Of a DNA stretch of 64,000 bases, positions 19,814 to 29,495 are shown piece by piece (the stretch's first letter is position 1; each line of letters starts with the position of its first letter). The DNA lies in assembly GCA_035464715.1 (NCBI GenBank), contig DATHRY010000059.1, positions 1,823-65,822 of the forward strand. The letters are read 5' to 3'. The position numbers were made by a program, and so were the translations under genes. Below the pieces are notes generated by a model. That model worked only from the letters and a program-made list of their open reading frames with translations, had not been told where the DNA came from and did no database searches. This stretch comes from Longimicrobiales bacterium. Its GTDB lineage: Bacteria; Gemmatimonadota; Gemmatimonadetes; Longimicrobiales; Gaopeijiaceae.

Positions 19814-21111
19814 GCACGGAGAGCGGGGACCCGGCCATGCGTGACCGGGGGCGAGGGCTCATGGCGTTGGCCGAGGGCATCGGCATCGCCCTCGACGCCA
19901 TCTCCGCGAACAAGCTGCGGGCTGCCCTCACGATCCTGGGGGTGGGAATCGGCGTCTCCGTCGTGGTCACGATCGCGGCCCTCATCACGGGGGTCCGGAC
20001 CTCGATCTCGTCCTCGATCGAAAGCTCGGGACCCGACAACTTCAACGTGATGCGGTTCGATCTGACCCAGGTCCGACTGGTCAACGTGGGAAACAACCGG
20101 CCCCCCTGGTGGGGCCGCCCGGTGATCACCGACGACGAGGCCGAGCGGATCGACCGCCTCCCCGGGGTCGCGGAGTCGCTGTACCAGGTCAACCTGAACG
20201 TGTCGATGGACTTCGAAGGGGAGCGGGTCACCGGCATCGTCGCCCAGGGTCTGTCGGCGGGCTGGCCGGCCTACAGCGAAGGAGACTTCACGGCCGGCCG
20301 GGACTTCACCGATGCCGAGGTGGGCCAGGGACGCCCGATCATGGTCATCACGGCGGCCCTCGCCGAAGAGCTGTTCGGGCAGCGAGACCCCATCGGTCGG
20401 ACCGTCCGGGTGTCCAGTCCCTTCCGGGGAGTGCGAGAGGATTTCCGGGTCATTGGTGTCTTCGAGCCCGAGGAGAACATCTTCTCCTCGTTCGTCGAGC
20501 ACTTCGCAGTGTTCCCGTACACCACTGCGCTCAAGCGTCTCAAGGCGTCCCAGGGCGATGCCCAGATCGTCGTGGTGCCCCGCAGTGACGTCCCGCCGGC
20601 CCTGGTCCGGGACGAGGTGATCGCCGCCATGCGGAGCATGCGCGGGCTCGGCCCCCGGGACGAGAACAACTTCGACCTCCTTGCGTCGACCCAGTTCCTC
20701 GAGTTCTTCGATCAGTTCACCCAGGTGTTCTTCCTGATCATGCTCGCCCTGTCGTCGGCGGGGCTCATGGTCGGGGGCGTGGGCGTGATCGGGATCATGC
20801 TGATCTCCGTGACGGAGCGGACCCGCGAGATCGGCGTGCGGAAGGCGCTCGGCGCCACCCGACGCGAGATCCTCTGGCAGTTCCTGGTTGAGGCCGGCGT
20901 CCTGACGATGTTGGGTGCGGCCGTCGGTCTCGGGCTCGGTGCCGCCGTCGCATACACCATCGCGGAGCTGACCCCGGTCCCGGCCCGCATCCCCTTATGG
21001 TCCGTGGTGGTGGCCCTGACCGCGGCGGCCTTCACGGGGATGGTCTTCGGAATCATCCCTGCCCAACGCGCGGCTCGCATGGAGCCGGTGGACGCCCTGC
21101 GGGCCGAGTGA
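19810..21111 (+). CDS. Second MacB/FtsX-type permease, paralogue of the previous gene
   Basis: GTGA overlap with the previous gene. Contains ANKLRAALTILGVGIGV and TERTREIGVRKALGATRREI. Confidence 0.85.
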   Translation: MSTESGDPAMRDRGRGLMALAEGIGIALDAISANKLRAALTILGVGIGVSVVVTIAALITGVRTSISSSIESSGPDNFNVMRFDLTQVRLVNVGNNRPPWWGRPVITDDEAERIDRLPGVAESLYQVNLNVSMDFEGERVTGIVAQGLSAGWPAYSEGDFTAGRDFTDAEVGQGRPIMVITAALAEELFGQRDPIGRTVRVSSPFRGVREDFRVIGVFEPEENIFSSFVEHFAVFPYTTALKRLKASQGDAQIVVVPRSDVPPALVRDEVIAAMRSMRGLGPRDENNFDLLASTQFLEFFDQFTQVFFLIMLALSSAGLMVGGVGVIGIMLISVTERTREIGVRKALGATRREILWQFLVEAGVLTMLGAAVGLGLGAAVAYTIAELTPVPARIPLWSVVVALTAAAFTGMVFGIIPAQRAARMEPVDALRAE

Positions 21112-21255
21112 CGCCCCACGACACGGACCTCAGGATGCCCGAGCCGCCCGACTGGGCCCGCGCCGACGCCGCAGAGCCCGCACGAGCACCATCGGGGAGG
21201 CCGGGCGTCCAGCTCGTCTGAGGCGCTCCGAGCGGCAGGAACCGACGCGGGCCGG

Positions 21256-21630
21256 TCAGGAGGTCACGGCGTGCCCGCCCCGGAGCTCCACCTGCACGAC
21301 GACGCGCCGCCACGACGGCGTATCGGCGCCGTGGACCCGCAGCGCCCGGGCGTCGGCCTCGCCGCCGGCCTGGAGGTGGGGCCACAGCCAGGCGGCGATC
21401 TCCGGGGGCAGATGCCCCACCGGGTCGCCCGAGGCGAGGTGGATCCACACCTCCGGCTCCTCCCCGCCGGGCGGGTCCGGGATGACCAGGACCCGGTCCC
21501 CCTCGTGGAGATGATCCAGGTGCCGGTCGCGCCCCGCGAAGGCGGTGCCGTGGACGGTCGCCCGGAAACGGGCAGGACAGCGGGCGTCGTTCGGATCGTG
21601 CGGGTCAGTCACGCGGTACCATCGGTACAT
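21256..21630 (-). CDS. Stand-alone HIRAN-domain-like protein
   Basis: 124 aa. The pattern GRDRHLDHLHEGDRVLVIPDP...VGHLPPEIAAWLWPHL matches the HIRAN layout (G..l..Gd.v.l.rep.N..D..Ai.v....g..iGylp.e.a..l.p.l). Confidence 0.5.
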   Translation of the reverse strand: MYRWYRVTDPHDPNDARCPARFRATVHGTAFAGRDRHLDHLHEGDRVLVIPDPPGGEEPEVWIHLASGDPVGHLPPEIAAWLWPHLQAGGEADARALRVHGADTPSWRRVVVQVELRGGHAVTS

Positions 21631-21691
21631 GGAGCCAGGATTTGCCTTAACTTAGGCGGTCCGTGGAATCCCCGAAACGTGAGGAAGCTCC

Positions 21692-22846
21692 GTGGAGCCG
21701 ATCTACCTCGATTATGCCGCCACCACGCCCGTCCGGGACGAGGTCAGGGCGGTCATGGAGCCATATCTCTGGAAGGCCTTCGGGAACCCCTCGTCCACCC
21801 ACCGATGGGGCCGGGAGGCCCAGGCCGGGCTCGAGGAGGCCCGCTCGACCGTCGCCGGGTGCCTCGGGGTGTCCCGCCGGGAGATCCTCTTCGTGCGGGG
21901 TGGGACCGAATCGGACAACCTCGCCATCCTCGGCCGGGCCGAAGCCCATCAGGCCGACGGCGCCTGTCCGCACGTGGTCACCTCGACCATCGAGCACAAG
22001 GCGGTTCTGGAGGCGGCCCGGGCCGTGGAGGGCATGGGCGGACGATGCACCGTGCTCCCCGTGGACCGGGGCGGACGGGTGCTCCGGGAGCCCCTCGAGG
22101 CCGCCCTGGCGGACGACGCCTGCCTCCTCTCCCTGATGTGGGTCAACAACGAGGTCGGCACCATCCAGGCGCTTCCGGAGATCGTCGCGCTGGCCCGGGA
22201 GAGAGGCGTCCCGGTCCACACGGACGCCGTGCAGGCCGTGGGGAAGGTCCCGGTGGACCTCGAGGAGGTCCCGGTGGACTACCTCAGCCTTTCGGGCCAC
22301 AAGTTCTACGGTCCCAAGAGTACCGGCGTGCTGTTCGTGCGGGACGGATCCCCCCTCTCCGCCCGCCTCCACGGCGGCGGCCAGGAGGCGGGCCTTCGGC
22401 CGGGCACCCAGGACGTCGCAGGCGCCGTCGGGCTGGCCAGGGCCCTCGTCCTCGCGCTGGAGGAGCAGGAGGCGTTCCGGGAGAGCCGGCAGCCCCTCCG
22501 GGACCGTCTCCAGGCCCGGCTTCAGGAGGGGATCAGCGGCCTGGTGGTCCACGGGATCGAGGGGGATCGCGCTCCCCACATCCTGAACGTCGGTGTACCG
22601 GACGTGCCCGCCGAGCTGCTCCACATCTCCCTCGACCTGGAGGGCCTCGCCGTGTCCGGCGGGTCGGCCTGTCAGAGCGGGTCGGGGACGGGGAGCCACG
22701 TCGTCCGGGCCCTTCTGGGCGACGAGTCCCTCCCGGCGACCCTCCGGTTCTCCCTGGGCCGGACCACGACCGAGGCGGAGGTGGATCGGGCGGCGGAGAT
22801 CACCCTCCAGGTCGTCCATCGGCTTCGCCCCGCCGTCCCGGCCTGA
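21692..22846 (+). CDS. iscS: Cysteine desulfurase (class V aminotransferase, IscS/NifS-like)
   Basis: GTG start. IYLDYAATTP, PLP lysine in LSGHKFYGPK, catalytic Cys loop SGGSACQSGS. Confidence 0.85.
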   Translation: MEPIYLDYAATTPVRDEVRAVMEPYLWKAFGNPSSTHRWGREAQAGLEEARSTVAGCLGVSRREILFVRGGTESDNLAILGRAEAHQADGACPHVVTSTIEHKAVLEAARAVEGMGGRCTVLPVDRGGRVLREPLEAALADDACLLSLMWVNNEVGTIQALPEIVALARERGVPVHTDAVQAVGKVPVDLEEVPVDYLSLSGHKFYGPKSTGVLFVRDGSPLSARLHGGGQEAGLRPGTQDVAGAVGLARALVLALEEQEAFRESRQPLRDRLQARLQEGISGLVVHGIEGDRAPHILNVGVPDVPAELLHISLDLEGLAVSGGSACQSGSGTGSHVVRALLGDESLPATLRFSLGRTTTEAEVDRAAEITLQVVHRLRPAVPA

Positions 22847-22851
22847 TCCCG

Positions 22852-23967
22852 ATGAGTGCCGGGAAGGGCGACCGGGTCCTCGTGGCCATGTCCGGGGGGG
22901 TAGACTCCTCGGTTGCCGCGGCGCTCCTCGTCGAGGCCGGATTCGAAGTCGTGGGGGTCACCATGAAGACCTTCTGCTACACCGGCACCGGCGATCACGG
23001 GAAGACCTGTTGTGGCCTGGATGGGATCGTGGATGCCCGTCGGGTGGCCGATCGATTGGGCATCCCCCACTACGTCTTCGACGTGGAGGAGGAGTTCGAC
23101 CGGGACGTGATCGAGGACTTCGTCTCGGAGTACGCCAGGGGGCGCACACCGAACCCCTGCGTGAACTGCAACTCGAACACCAAGTTCCGGGACCTGCTCC
23201 GCCGTGGCGAGCAGCTCGGCTGCCGGGCCATCGCCTCAGGGCATTACGTGCGGGTGGAGCACGGGCCCGGAGGGAGCCGACTCCTGCGAGGGCGGGATCC
23301 GGCCAAGGACCAGGCGTACTTCCTCTGGGGCCTCCCGCCGGACATCCTCCCCCGGCTCCTCTTCCCCGTGGGCGAGCTCACCAAGCCCGAGGTCCGGGAG
23401 CGGGCCAGGGGCCTGGAGCTGGCCACCGCGGAGAAGCCCGAGAGCCAGGAGATCTGCTTCGTGCCCACCGGGGACTACCGGGACCTCCTGAAGAAGCGCC
23501 TGAGCACGCGGCACCCGGCCCTGGAGCCCGGCCGGCTCGTCCTGGAGGACGGGACCGACGTGGGAGGCCACGACGGGTATGCGGGGTTCACGGTGGGACA
23601 GCGGCGGGGCCTGGGCGGGGGGTTCGAGGCACCCATGTACGTCCTGGAGGTACGGCCCGAGCAGCGGGAGGTGGTGGTGGGCCCCCGGGAATCCCTGTAC
23701 GCCCCGGGCGTGCGGGTGGGACGACCCCACTGGCTGGGGCCGCCGCCCTCGGAGGGGGACCGGGTGTCCGTCCAGATCCGTTCTCGCGCCCCGGCGGTCC
23801 CGGCCCGGGTCTCGGAGACCGGGGCCCACGCCTTCGAGCTCCGGTTCGACGAGTCGCAGCGGGCGGTGAGCCCTGGCCAGTCGGCCGTTGTCTATCAGGG
23901 GGACCGGGTTCTGGGTGGCGGCCGCATCGACGCGGCACTCCGAGCGGCCGAAGTCGCGGTCAGCTGA
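22852..23967 (+). CDS. mnmA: tRNA 2-thiouridine(34) synthase
   Basis: PP-loop VAMSGGVDSSVAA, plus NPCVNCN and RDPAKDQAYFLW. Only the last 371 codons of the 898-aa ORF are coding. Confidence 0.9.
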   Translation: MSAGKGDRVLVAMSGGVDSSVAAALLVEAGFEVVGVTMKTFCYTGTGDHGKTCCGLDGIVDARRVADRLGIPHYVFDVEEEFDRDVIEDFVSEYARGRTPNPCVNCNSNTKFRDLLRRGEQLGCRAIASGHYVRVEHGPGGSRLLRGRDPAKDQAYFLWGLPPDILPRLLFPVGELTKPEVRERARGLELATAEKPESQEICFVPTGDYRDLLKKRLSTRHPALEPGRLVLEDGTDVGGHDGYAGFTVGQRRGLGGGFEAPMYVLEVRPEQREVVVGPRESLYAPGVRVGRPHWLGPPPSEGDRVSVQIRSRAPAVPARVSETGAHAFELRFDESQRAVSPGQSAVVYQGDRVLGGGRIDAALRAAEVAVS

Positions 23968-24201
23968 TCAGCTGAGGGGCTCGGCCTCGGCCAGAAGGTC
24001 CCGAAGGGCGCCCGTCTCGGAGCCACGGACGACCTCCGCGCCCGACCCCGCCCCCTCGGGCAACGCGTGGATGCGGCTGGGGACGGTGCGGTCGGATACG
24101 CAGCGGAAGACGATCCGCTGAGGGTGGGGAAAGCCCCCCTGCCCGGCGTTCACGAAGACCTCCCACTCGCGGAGGTCGGCGTCCATGAAGGTACGTGCCA
24201 T
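23968..24201 (-). CDS. Small hypothetical protein
   Basis: 77 aa from the ATG at 24201 (the alternative at 24243 would overlap dnaJ). Coding-like composition, no family recognised. Confidence 0.4.
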   Translation of the reverse strand: MARTFMDADLREWEVFVNAGQGGFPHPQRIVFRCVSDRTVPSRIHALPEGAGSGAEVVRGSETGALRDLLAEAEPLS

Positions 24202-24220
24202 CGGATTCGGCCCTCGGGGA

Positions 24221-25342
24221 TCAGTGACGGAGCCCCGCCGCATCGGCGAACTGCTCCATGGCCTGCCGCTCTTCGTCGGAGAGCTTCTCCGGGATCTCCA
24301 CCTTGACCTCCACGATCTGGTCGCCGAGACGATCGCCCTTCTCCACGCCCTGTCCCCGGACGCGGAAGCGCGTCCCGGTCTGCGTGCCGGGCGGGATCCG
24401 GAGGATCACCTTCTTCCCGTGGACCGTCCGGACCCGGACCTTCGAGCCCAGGGCCGCCTGCACCAGGTTGATGGGAACGGTGACGTGGATGTCCAGCCCC
24501 TCCCGGTGGAAGAACCGGTGCGGCTTGACCCTGAAGGTGATCAGGAGGTCCCCAGGAGGGCCGCCCCCCACCCCCTTCTCCCCCTGCCCGGAGAGGCGGA
24601 GTCGGGTGCCCTCGTCCGTGCCCTTGGGAACGGTGATCTGGATCTTCCGGCTCTGCCGGACCTCGCCACGCCCGGAGCAGGAAGGACACGGCTTCTCGGG
24701 AATGCGACCCCGGCCGAAGCACGCCGGACAGGGGCGCTTGACCGCGAACCCCGGCTGGCCGAACGACACCGTCCCGCTCCCGCTGCACTCGCTGCACGTC
24801 ACCAGGCTGGATCCCGGTGCGGCACCGGAGCCCCCGCAGGTGGCGCACTCCTCGGTGATGGGTACCTCGATGGAGATCTTCCCGCCGGACACCGCGGTCT
24901 CGAATCCGATGTCCACCACGTACTCGACGTTCTGACCCTTCCGCCGTTCCGACCGGCGCTCGCCGGTCCGCCGCCCACCCCGATCGAAGATCGAGGAGAA
25001 GAGGTCACCGAGGCCACCGAACCCCTGAAGGTCCTCGAAGGAGAACGAGCCGCCCCCCGGAGGGGCACCCGCGCCAGGACGGGAGGCGCCACCGGGCCGT
25101 CCTCCGAAGCCCAGCCCACCGAAACGGCGCATCTGGTCGTACTGTTTCCGCTTCTCGCCGTCCGACAGCACCCCGTAGGCCTCGCCCACCTCCTTGAAGC
25201 GATCCGCGGCGGCGGGGTCGTTGGGGTTCGCATCGGGGTGGTACTGCTTGGCGAGCTTCCGGTACGCCTTCTTGATCTCGTCCTGGGACGCCTTCTCGGA
25301 GACGCCGAGGATCCGGTAGAAGTCCTTCCCCCCCGAGGCCAT
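24221..25342 (-). CDS. dnaJ: Chaperone DnaJ (type I)
   Basis: J domain DFYRILGV...[14 protein letters not shown], a G-rich linker, and four CxxCxGxG zinc-finger repeats ([32 protein letters not shown]). Confidence 0.9.
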   Translation of the reverse strand: MASGGKDFYRILGVSEKASQDEIKKAYRKLAKQYHPDANPNDPAAADRFKEVGEAYGVLSDGEKRKQYDQMRRFGGLGFGGRPGGASRPGAGAPPGGGSFSFEDLQGFGGLGDLFSSIFDRGGRRTGERRSERRKGQNVEYVVDIGFETAVSGGKISIEVPITEECATCGGSGAAPGSSLVTCSECSGSGTVSFGQPGFAVKRPCPACFGRGRIPEKPCPSCSGRGEVRQSRKIQITVPKGTDEGTRLRLSGQGEKGVGGGPPGDLLITFRVKPHRFFHREGLDIHVTVPINLVQAALGSKVRVRTVHGKKVILRIPPGTQTGTRFRVRGQGVEKGDRLGDQIVEVKVEIPEKLSDEERQAMEQFADAAGLRH

Positions 25343-25346
25343 CCGG

Positions 25347-26000
25347 TCAGTCCGCCTTGTAGACGCTCACCCGGGCCGGGCGGACCAGGTTGCCGTCGAC
25401 CAGGTAGCCCTTCTGGAAGACCTGGGCCACCAGGTCGTCCTTCGCGTCGTCGTCCGTCGGAACGCGCATCATGGCCTCCATGGACTCCGGGTTGAAGGGA
25501 CTGCCGTCCTCGGGATCGACGATCACCGCCCCGGCGTCCTCGAGGGCCCTGAGGAACTTCCGCTCCACGAGGTCGATCCCCTCGACGATGGCCTGGACCG
25601 TGACGGACTCCTCGGCCGGATCGAGCCCGCTGACCCGCTGCAGGTCGTCCAGGACGTCCAGGAACCGCCGCAGCAGGTCGGCCTGCGCCCGGCCCCAGGT
25701 CGCCAGGGACTCGCTCTCCGCCCGCCGTCGGTAGTTGTTGAACTCGGCGGCGAGCCGGAGATGGCGGTCGTGGAGGTCGTCGAGCTCCCCCTGGAGGGTG
25801 TCGAGATCCTGGTCCAGGTCCGCCTCCGCCAGGGCCTCCTCCACCTCCTCGGGGGTGACGGTGTGATCCCGTCGCGACTGCCCGTCCTCGGCCGGGTCCG
25901 GCGGACCGTCCACGTCGATCATGTCGCCGACGTCCACGGTGCCGTCCCGGCCTTCCAGGTCTTCGTCCTTCACAGGCTTCTCACCTTTCTTCTCGGTCAT
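25347..26000 (-). CDS. grpE: Nucleotide exchange factor GrpE
   Basis: [12 protein letters not shown] motif and a C-terminal beta domain (FNPESMEAM...V..VFQKGY). AGGAGGATGG lies upstream of the ATG at 26000. Confidence 0.9.
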   Translation of the reverse strand: MTEKKGEKPVKDEDLEGRDGTVDVGDMIDVDGPPDPAEDGQSRRDHTVTPEEVEEALAEADLDQDLDTLQGELDDLHDRHLRLAAEFNNYRRRAESESLATWGRAQADLLRRFLDVLDDLQRVSGLDPAEESVTVQAIVEGIDLVERKFLRALEDAGAVIVDPEDGSPFNPESMEAMMRVPTDDDAKDDLVAQVFQKGYLVDGNLVRPARVSVYKAD

Positions 26001-26848
26001 CCATCCTCCTTCCCGCCCGGGCTCGCCCGGACGTTCAGCCACTCTACGAGTCGTTCGAACGTTTCGTTCCTGCTCAGATCGTTGAAGGGTTCGTGGCGGG
26101 TGTCCGGGAGCTCCCAGACCTCCAGCCCCGCCCCCCGAGCCCATCGTCGGGCCAGGTCGCCGTCCGCGAGGGCGTCGTCCCCCGGGATCAGCACGACCGC
26201 GGACACGCCCTCGGGCAACCCGGCCCCCAGCGCCGCCTGCTGCGCCTCGCCCACCTGATCGAAGAAGCTCACGGCCAGGGAGCTTCCGACCAGCGGGTCC
26301 TCCCTGTAGGCCCGAACCCGCTCCGGGTCCCGGGTCAGGAGCTCCGGCCGCATCGCCCGTTTCAGGGGCAGGTCCGGCGCGAGGCGCCGGAGCAACGGGG
26401 CCACGAAGCGCTCCACCAGCGTCATCCGTGCGGCGGTGCCGAGCCACGGCGCCGAGATCACGGCGCCGGGAAGCTCCGGCCGCACCGTCTGAAGATATCG
26501 AATGCCCACCAGGCCACCCAGGGAGTGGGCCACCAGGAACGGAGCTCCTGGACCGGGGGCCAGCCGATCCGCGAGGGAACGCACGTGCCCGACGTCTGCC
26601 ACCAGGTCCGGGAAGCGGCCGAACACTCCCCTCCGACCCTCCGAGCCACCGTGGCCCCGGTGGTCGTGGCCGAAGACGGAATAGCCGGCCCGGTTGAGCG
26701 CCGCAGCGAGGAGATCGTACCGGCCGACGTGCTCGGAGAGCCCGTGCACCACCTGGACGCGGGCCCGGGGGCGCTCCACCGTCCACGCCAGCGTCCTGAG
26801 CCGGGTGCCGCCGGCCCCCAGGGTGTGGCCGACCTCGGCGGTGCTCAC
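25997..26848 (-). CDS. Alpha/beta hydrolase (lysophospholipase/monoacylglycerol-lipase-like)
   Basis: HGLSEHVGRY, HRGHGGSEG, nucleophile elbow AHSLGG, and a C-terminal D...H. The GTG start overlaps the cinA stop and the gene's stop overlaps the grpE start. Confidence 0.75.
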   Translation of the reverse strand: MSTAEVGHTLGAGGTRLRTLAWTVERPRARVQVVHGLSEHVGRYDLLAAALNRAGYSVFGHDHRGHGGSEGRRGVFGRFPDLVADVGHVRSLADRLAPGPGAPFLVAHSLGGLVGIRYLQTVRPELPGAVISAPWLGTAARMTLVERFVAPLLRRLAPDLPLKRAMRPELLTRDPERVRAYREDPLVGSSLAVSFFDQVGEAQQAALGAGLPEGVSAVVLIPGDDALADGDLARRWARGAGLEVWELPDTRHEPFNDLSRNETFERLVEWLNVRASPGGKEDG

Positions 26849-28104
26849 GGCCCCTCCTCGATCATCCCGAGCAGGAGGACCAGCGCGGCCTGGGCCGAAC
26901 GCACACGGATCGCCTCGCGATCGCCGGAAAACCGCCACGCTTCGGCCTCCACCCGGTCTCCAACGGCCGCCGCCACGTGGACGGTGCCCACCGGCTTCTC
27001 CGGTGTTCCGCCGGACGGACCCGCGATCCCGGTGACGCCGATCCCACACCGGGCGTCGAAGGCCCGTGCCGCCCCCAACGCCATGGCCCTGGCCACCTCG
27101 GCGGACACGGCACCCCGGGCTTGGAGCACGTCCTCGGAGACCCCGAGGTGGCGCGTCTTCGCGGCGTTGGAGTAGGCCACCACGCCCCCCATCAGGACCG
27201 CGGAGGCGCCGGCGACGCCGGTGATCCGCTGGGCCACGAGCCCCCCGGTGCAGCTCTCTCCCAGGCCCAGGGTCCACCCACGCCGGGCGAGCGCCCCCAC
27301 CACCTCCACCGCCGCGTCTCCGCTGCCCGGGATCCGGTGGCCCTCGAGAACCGGCCCCAGCAGCGCCTCCGCGGCGTCCAGGGCCGCCTCCGCCGCCTCG
27401 ACATCCCGATCCCGGACGGTGAGGCGCAGGTCGACGCCCTCGAGATCCGGAAGGAAGGCGAGCTCCACATCGGGCGCGCCCTCCATCGCGGCCTCGACAC
27501 GAGGGGCCAGGACCGACTCCGGAATGCCGCTGGTGTGCAGGGACCGGATGTGCACCGGGCGCAGCCGGGCCCCGTAGGTCGTCCGGATCCGCTCCACGAC
27601 CGCGGGAAAGAGCGCCTCGAGCTCCCGGGGCACCCCCGGGAGGAGCGCCACGAGCCGACCGGCTTCCCGGAGCACGAGCCCCGGTGCCGTGCCCACGGGA
27701 TTCGCCAACGCCTCCGCCCCTTCCGGTACCTCGGCCTGGCTCCGGTTCGCCGGGGGAAGCTCGGCGTAGCCGCGAGCCCGGAATCGCTCGGTGAGGGCCT
27801 CGAGGAGCTCGGGATCCACCCGTAGCGAACGACCCAGGCTTCCGGCCACCGCCGTACGGGTGCGGTCGTCGGAGGTGGGTCCCAGGCCCCCGGAGGTGAT
27901 CACGATCTCGGCTCCCGCCATGGCCCGCCGCAGCGCCTCCTCGATCGCGGCGTCGTCGTCCCCTGCGGTGAAGCGCAGGAGGACGGGTGCCCCCAGCTCG
28001 GCCAGGGCTCGGGAAAGCCAGGCCGCGTTGGTGTCAACCGTCCGGCCCAGGAGCAGCTCGTCCCCCACCGACACCAGGGCGGACCGGAGGCCCGAGGGGG
28101 TCAC
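26845..28104 (-). CDS. cinA: CinA-family protein (MoCF-binding domain plus nicotinamide-nucleotide amidase PncC domain)
   Basis: VSVGDELLLGRTVDTNAAWL, TSGGLGPTSDDRT, ESCTGGLVA and GIAGPSGG. The GTG start overlaps the pgsA stop (GTGA). Confidence 0.85.
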   Translation of the reverse strand: MTPSGLRSALVSVGDELLLGRTVDTNAAWLSRALAELGAPVLLRFTAGDDDAAIEEALRRAMAGAEIVITSGGLGPTSDDRTRTAVAGSLGRSLRVDPELLEALTERFRARGYAELPPANRSQAEVPEGAEALANPVGTAPGLVLREAGRLVALLPGVPRELEALFPAVVERIRTTYGARLRPVHIRSLHTSGIPESVLAPRVEAAMEGAPDVELAFLPDLEGVDLRLTVRDRDVEAAEAALDAAEALLGPVLEGHRIPGSGDAAVEVVGALARRGWTLGLGESCTGGLVAQRITGVAGASAVLMGGVVAYSNAAKTRHLGVSEDVLQARGAVSAEVARAMALGAARAFDARCGIGVTGIAGPSGGTPEKPVGTVHVAAAVGDRVEAEAWRFSGDREAIRVRSAQAALVLLLGMIEEGP

Positions 28105-28745
28105 GACCGGAAGCCCACCAGGGAGCGGTAGCGCCAGAGATAGTCCAGCATGGAGTAGATCGTCAGGATCAGCGCCACGGCCAGGGTGACGGCCACGAAC
28201 CAGCGGTGGATGAAGCTCCACGTCGACCACAGGGGGCCCGAGAATCCACGAGCCATGGCCCACTGGAGCAGCGGGTACCAGAGAAGCAGGCTCCCCACGA
28301 AGAGGTTCTGGACGAACGCCTTGTACTTGCCCGAACGGCCGGCGGCGATCACGACCCCCCGGCGATTGGCCCAGCTCCGGAAGAGGGTGATGAACAGCTC
28401 CCGGCCCAGGAGCACGACCAGCGCCCACATCGGGAAGTCGCCCCAGACCGGCACGTCGTCCCCCGGTGAGATCCGGTGGGAGATCAGGTAGAACGGGATC
28501 AAGGTCGCCGCCAACAGCAGCTTGTCGGCCAGCGGGTCGAGGAGCTTGCCGATGTCGGTGATCCAGCCGTGCTTGCGGGCCAGGTACCCGTCCCACAGGT
28601 CGCTCAGGGCCGCCGCCAGGAAGAGGACGAACGCCGCGAACCGCATGCCGGTCCCGTCGGAGAGGGCGAGCCACGCCACCATCGGAGCCGCCACGATCCG
28701 GGCGATCGTGATGACGTTGGGAAGGGTGAGCCGACGCTCCGACAC
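28101..28745 (-). CDS. pgsA: CDP-diacylglycerol--glycerol-3-phosphate 3-phosphatidyltransferase
   Basis: CDP-alcohol phosphatidyltransferase motif D-x2-DGYLAR-x8-G-x3-DPLADK. Starts PNVITIARI and has multiple TM helices. Confidence 0.85.
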   Translation of the reverse strand: MSERRLTLPNVITIARIVAAPMVAWLALSDGTGMRFAAFVLFLAAALSDLWDGYLARKHGWITDIGKLLDPLADKLLLAATLIPFYLISHRISPGDDVPVWGDFPMWALVVLLGRELFITLFRSWANRRGVVIAAGRSGKYKAFVQNLFVGSLLLWYPLLQWAMARGFSGPLWSTWSFIHRWFVAVTLAVALILTIYSMLDYLWRYRSLVGFRS

Positions 28746-28754
28746 GAGACCGCC

Positions 28755-29333
28755 TCAGCTCAAGGCGTTGACGACCAGCTTGCTGACCGCGGTGAGGGTC
28801 TCGAAGACCCCCGTTCCCTCGATGGCCACGCCTTCGAAGTCCGGCACACCTTTGGGGTTCAGCTGGGCACGAAGCTGCTCCACCGGAAGCACGTCGGGCA
28901 AGTCCCGCTTGTTGTACTGGATCACGAACGGAATGGAGGCCAGGTCGTACCCATACGACTCGAGATTCTCGTACAGGTTGTGCATGGCCTCGATGTTGGC
29001 CTCCGCCCGCTCCTTCTGGGAGTCGGCGACGAACACGATCCCGTCGACCCCCTTCAGGATGAGTCGGCGGGAGGCGTTGTAGTAGACCTGGCCCGGGACC
29101 GTGTAGAGGTGGAACCGGGTCTTGAAGCCCTTCACTTCCCCGAGGTCCAGGGGGAGGAAGTCGAAGAAGAGCGTCCGCTCCGTCTCGGTGGCCAGGGAGA
29201 TCATCTTTCCCTTGGTATCCGGATTCACCCGGGAATAGATGTGCTCCAGGTTCGTCGTCTTCCCGCCCAGACCAGTGCCGTAGTAGACCACTTTGCAGTT
29301 GATCTCACGACTGGCGTAGTTGATCATCGACAT
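28755..29333 (-). CDS. mglA: Ras-like small GTPase MglA
   Basis: Near-collinear with Myxococcus MglA as I recall it: [17 protein letters not shown]-loop [34 protein letters not shown]. Confidence 0.9.
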   Translation of the reverse strand: MSMINYASREINCKVVYYGTGLGGKTTNLEHIYSRVNPDTKGKMISLATETERTLFFDFLPLDLGEVKGFKTRFHLYTVPGQVYYNASRRLILKGVDGIVFVADSQKERAEANIEAMHNLYENLESYGYDLASIPFVIQYNKRDLPDVLPVEQLRAQLNPKGVPDFEGVAIEGTGVFETLTAVSKLVVNALS

Positions 29334-29495
29334 GAGGTTGTCACCTCCATGTCGTTGGCATGCTTCACCTTCGGCATAGTCATCCGTTCTGATCGGCAGG
29401 GGGAGCCGGAGTCCGGGCGGTCCGGCCGGGAGCGGCCCCTATACTCGGGAGGCCAGGCGGCACGTGCAAGGTGGACCGAGCGGCCCGTTGCGGGG

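Noticed and set aside
21271-22851. The upstream 527 codons of the 898-aa ORF that ends as mnmA.
   Set aside because: It overlaps the cysteine desulfurase frame and is Arg/Gly/Pro-rich. The MnmA PP-loop begins right after the ATG at 22852.
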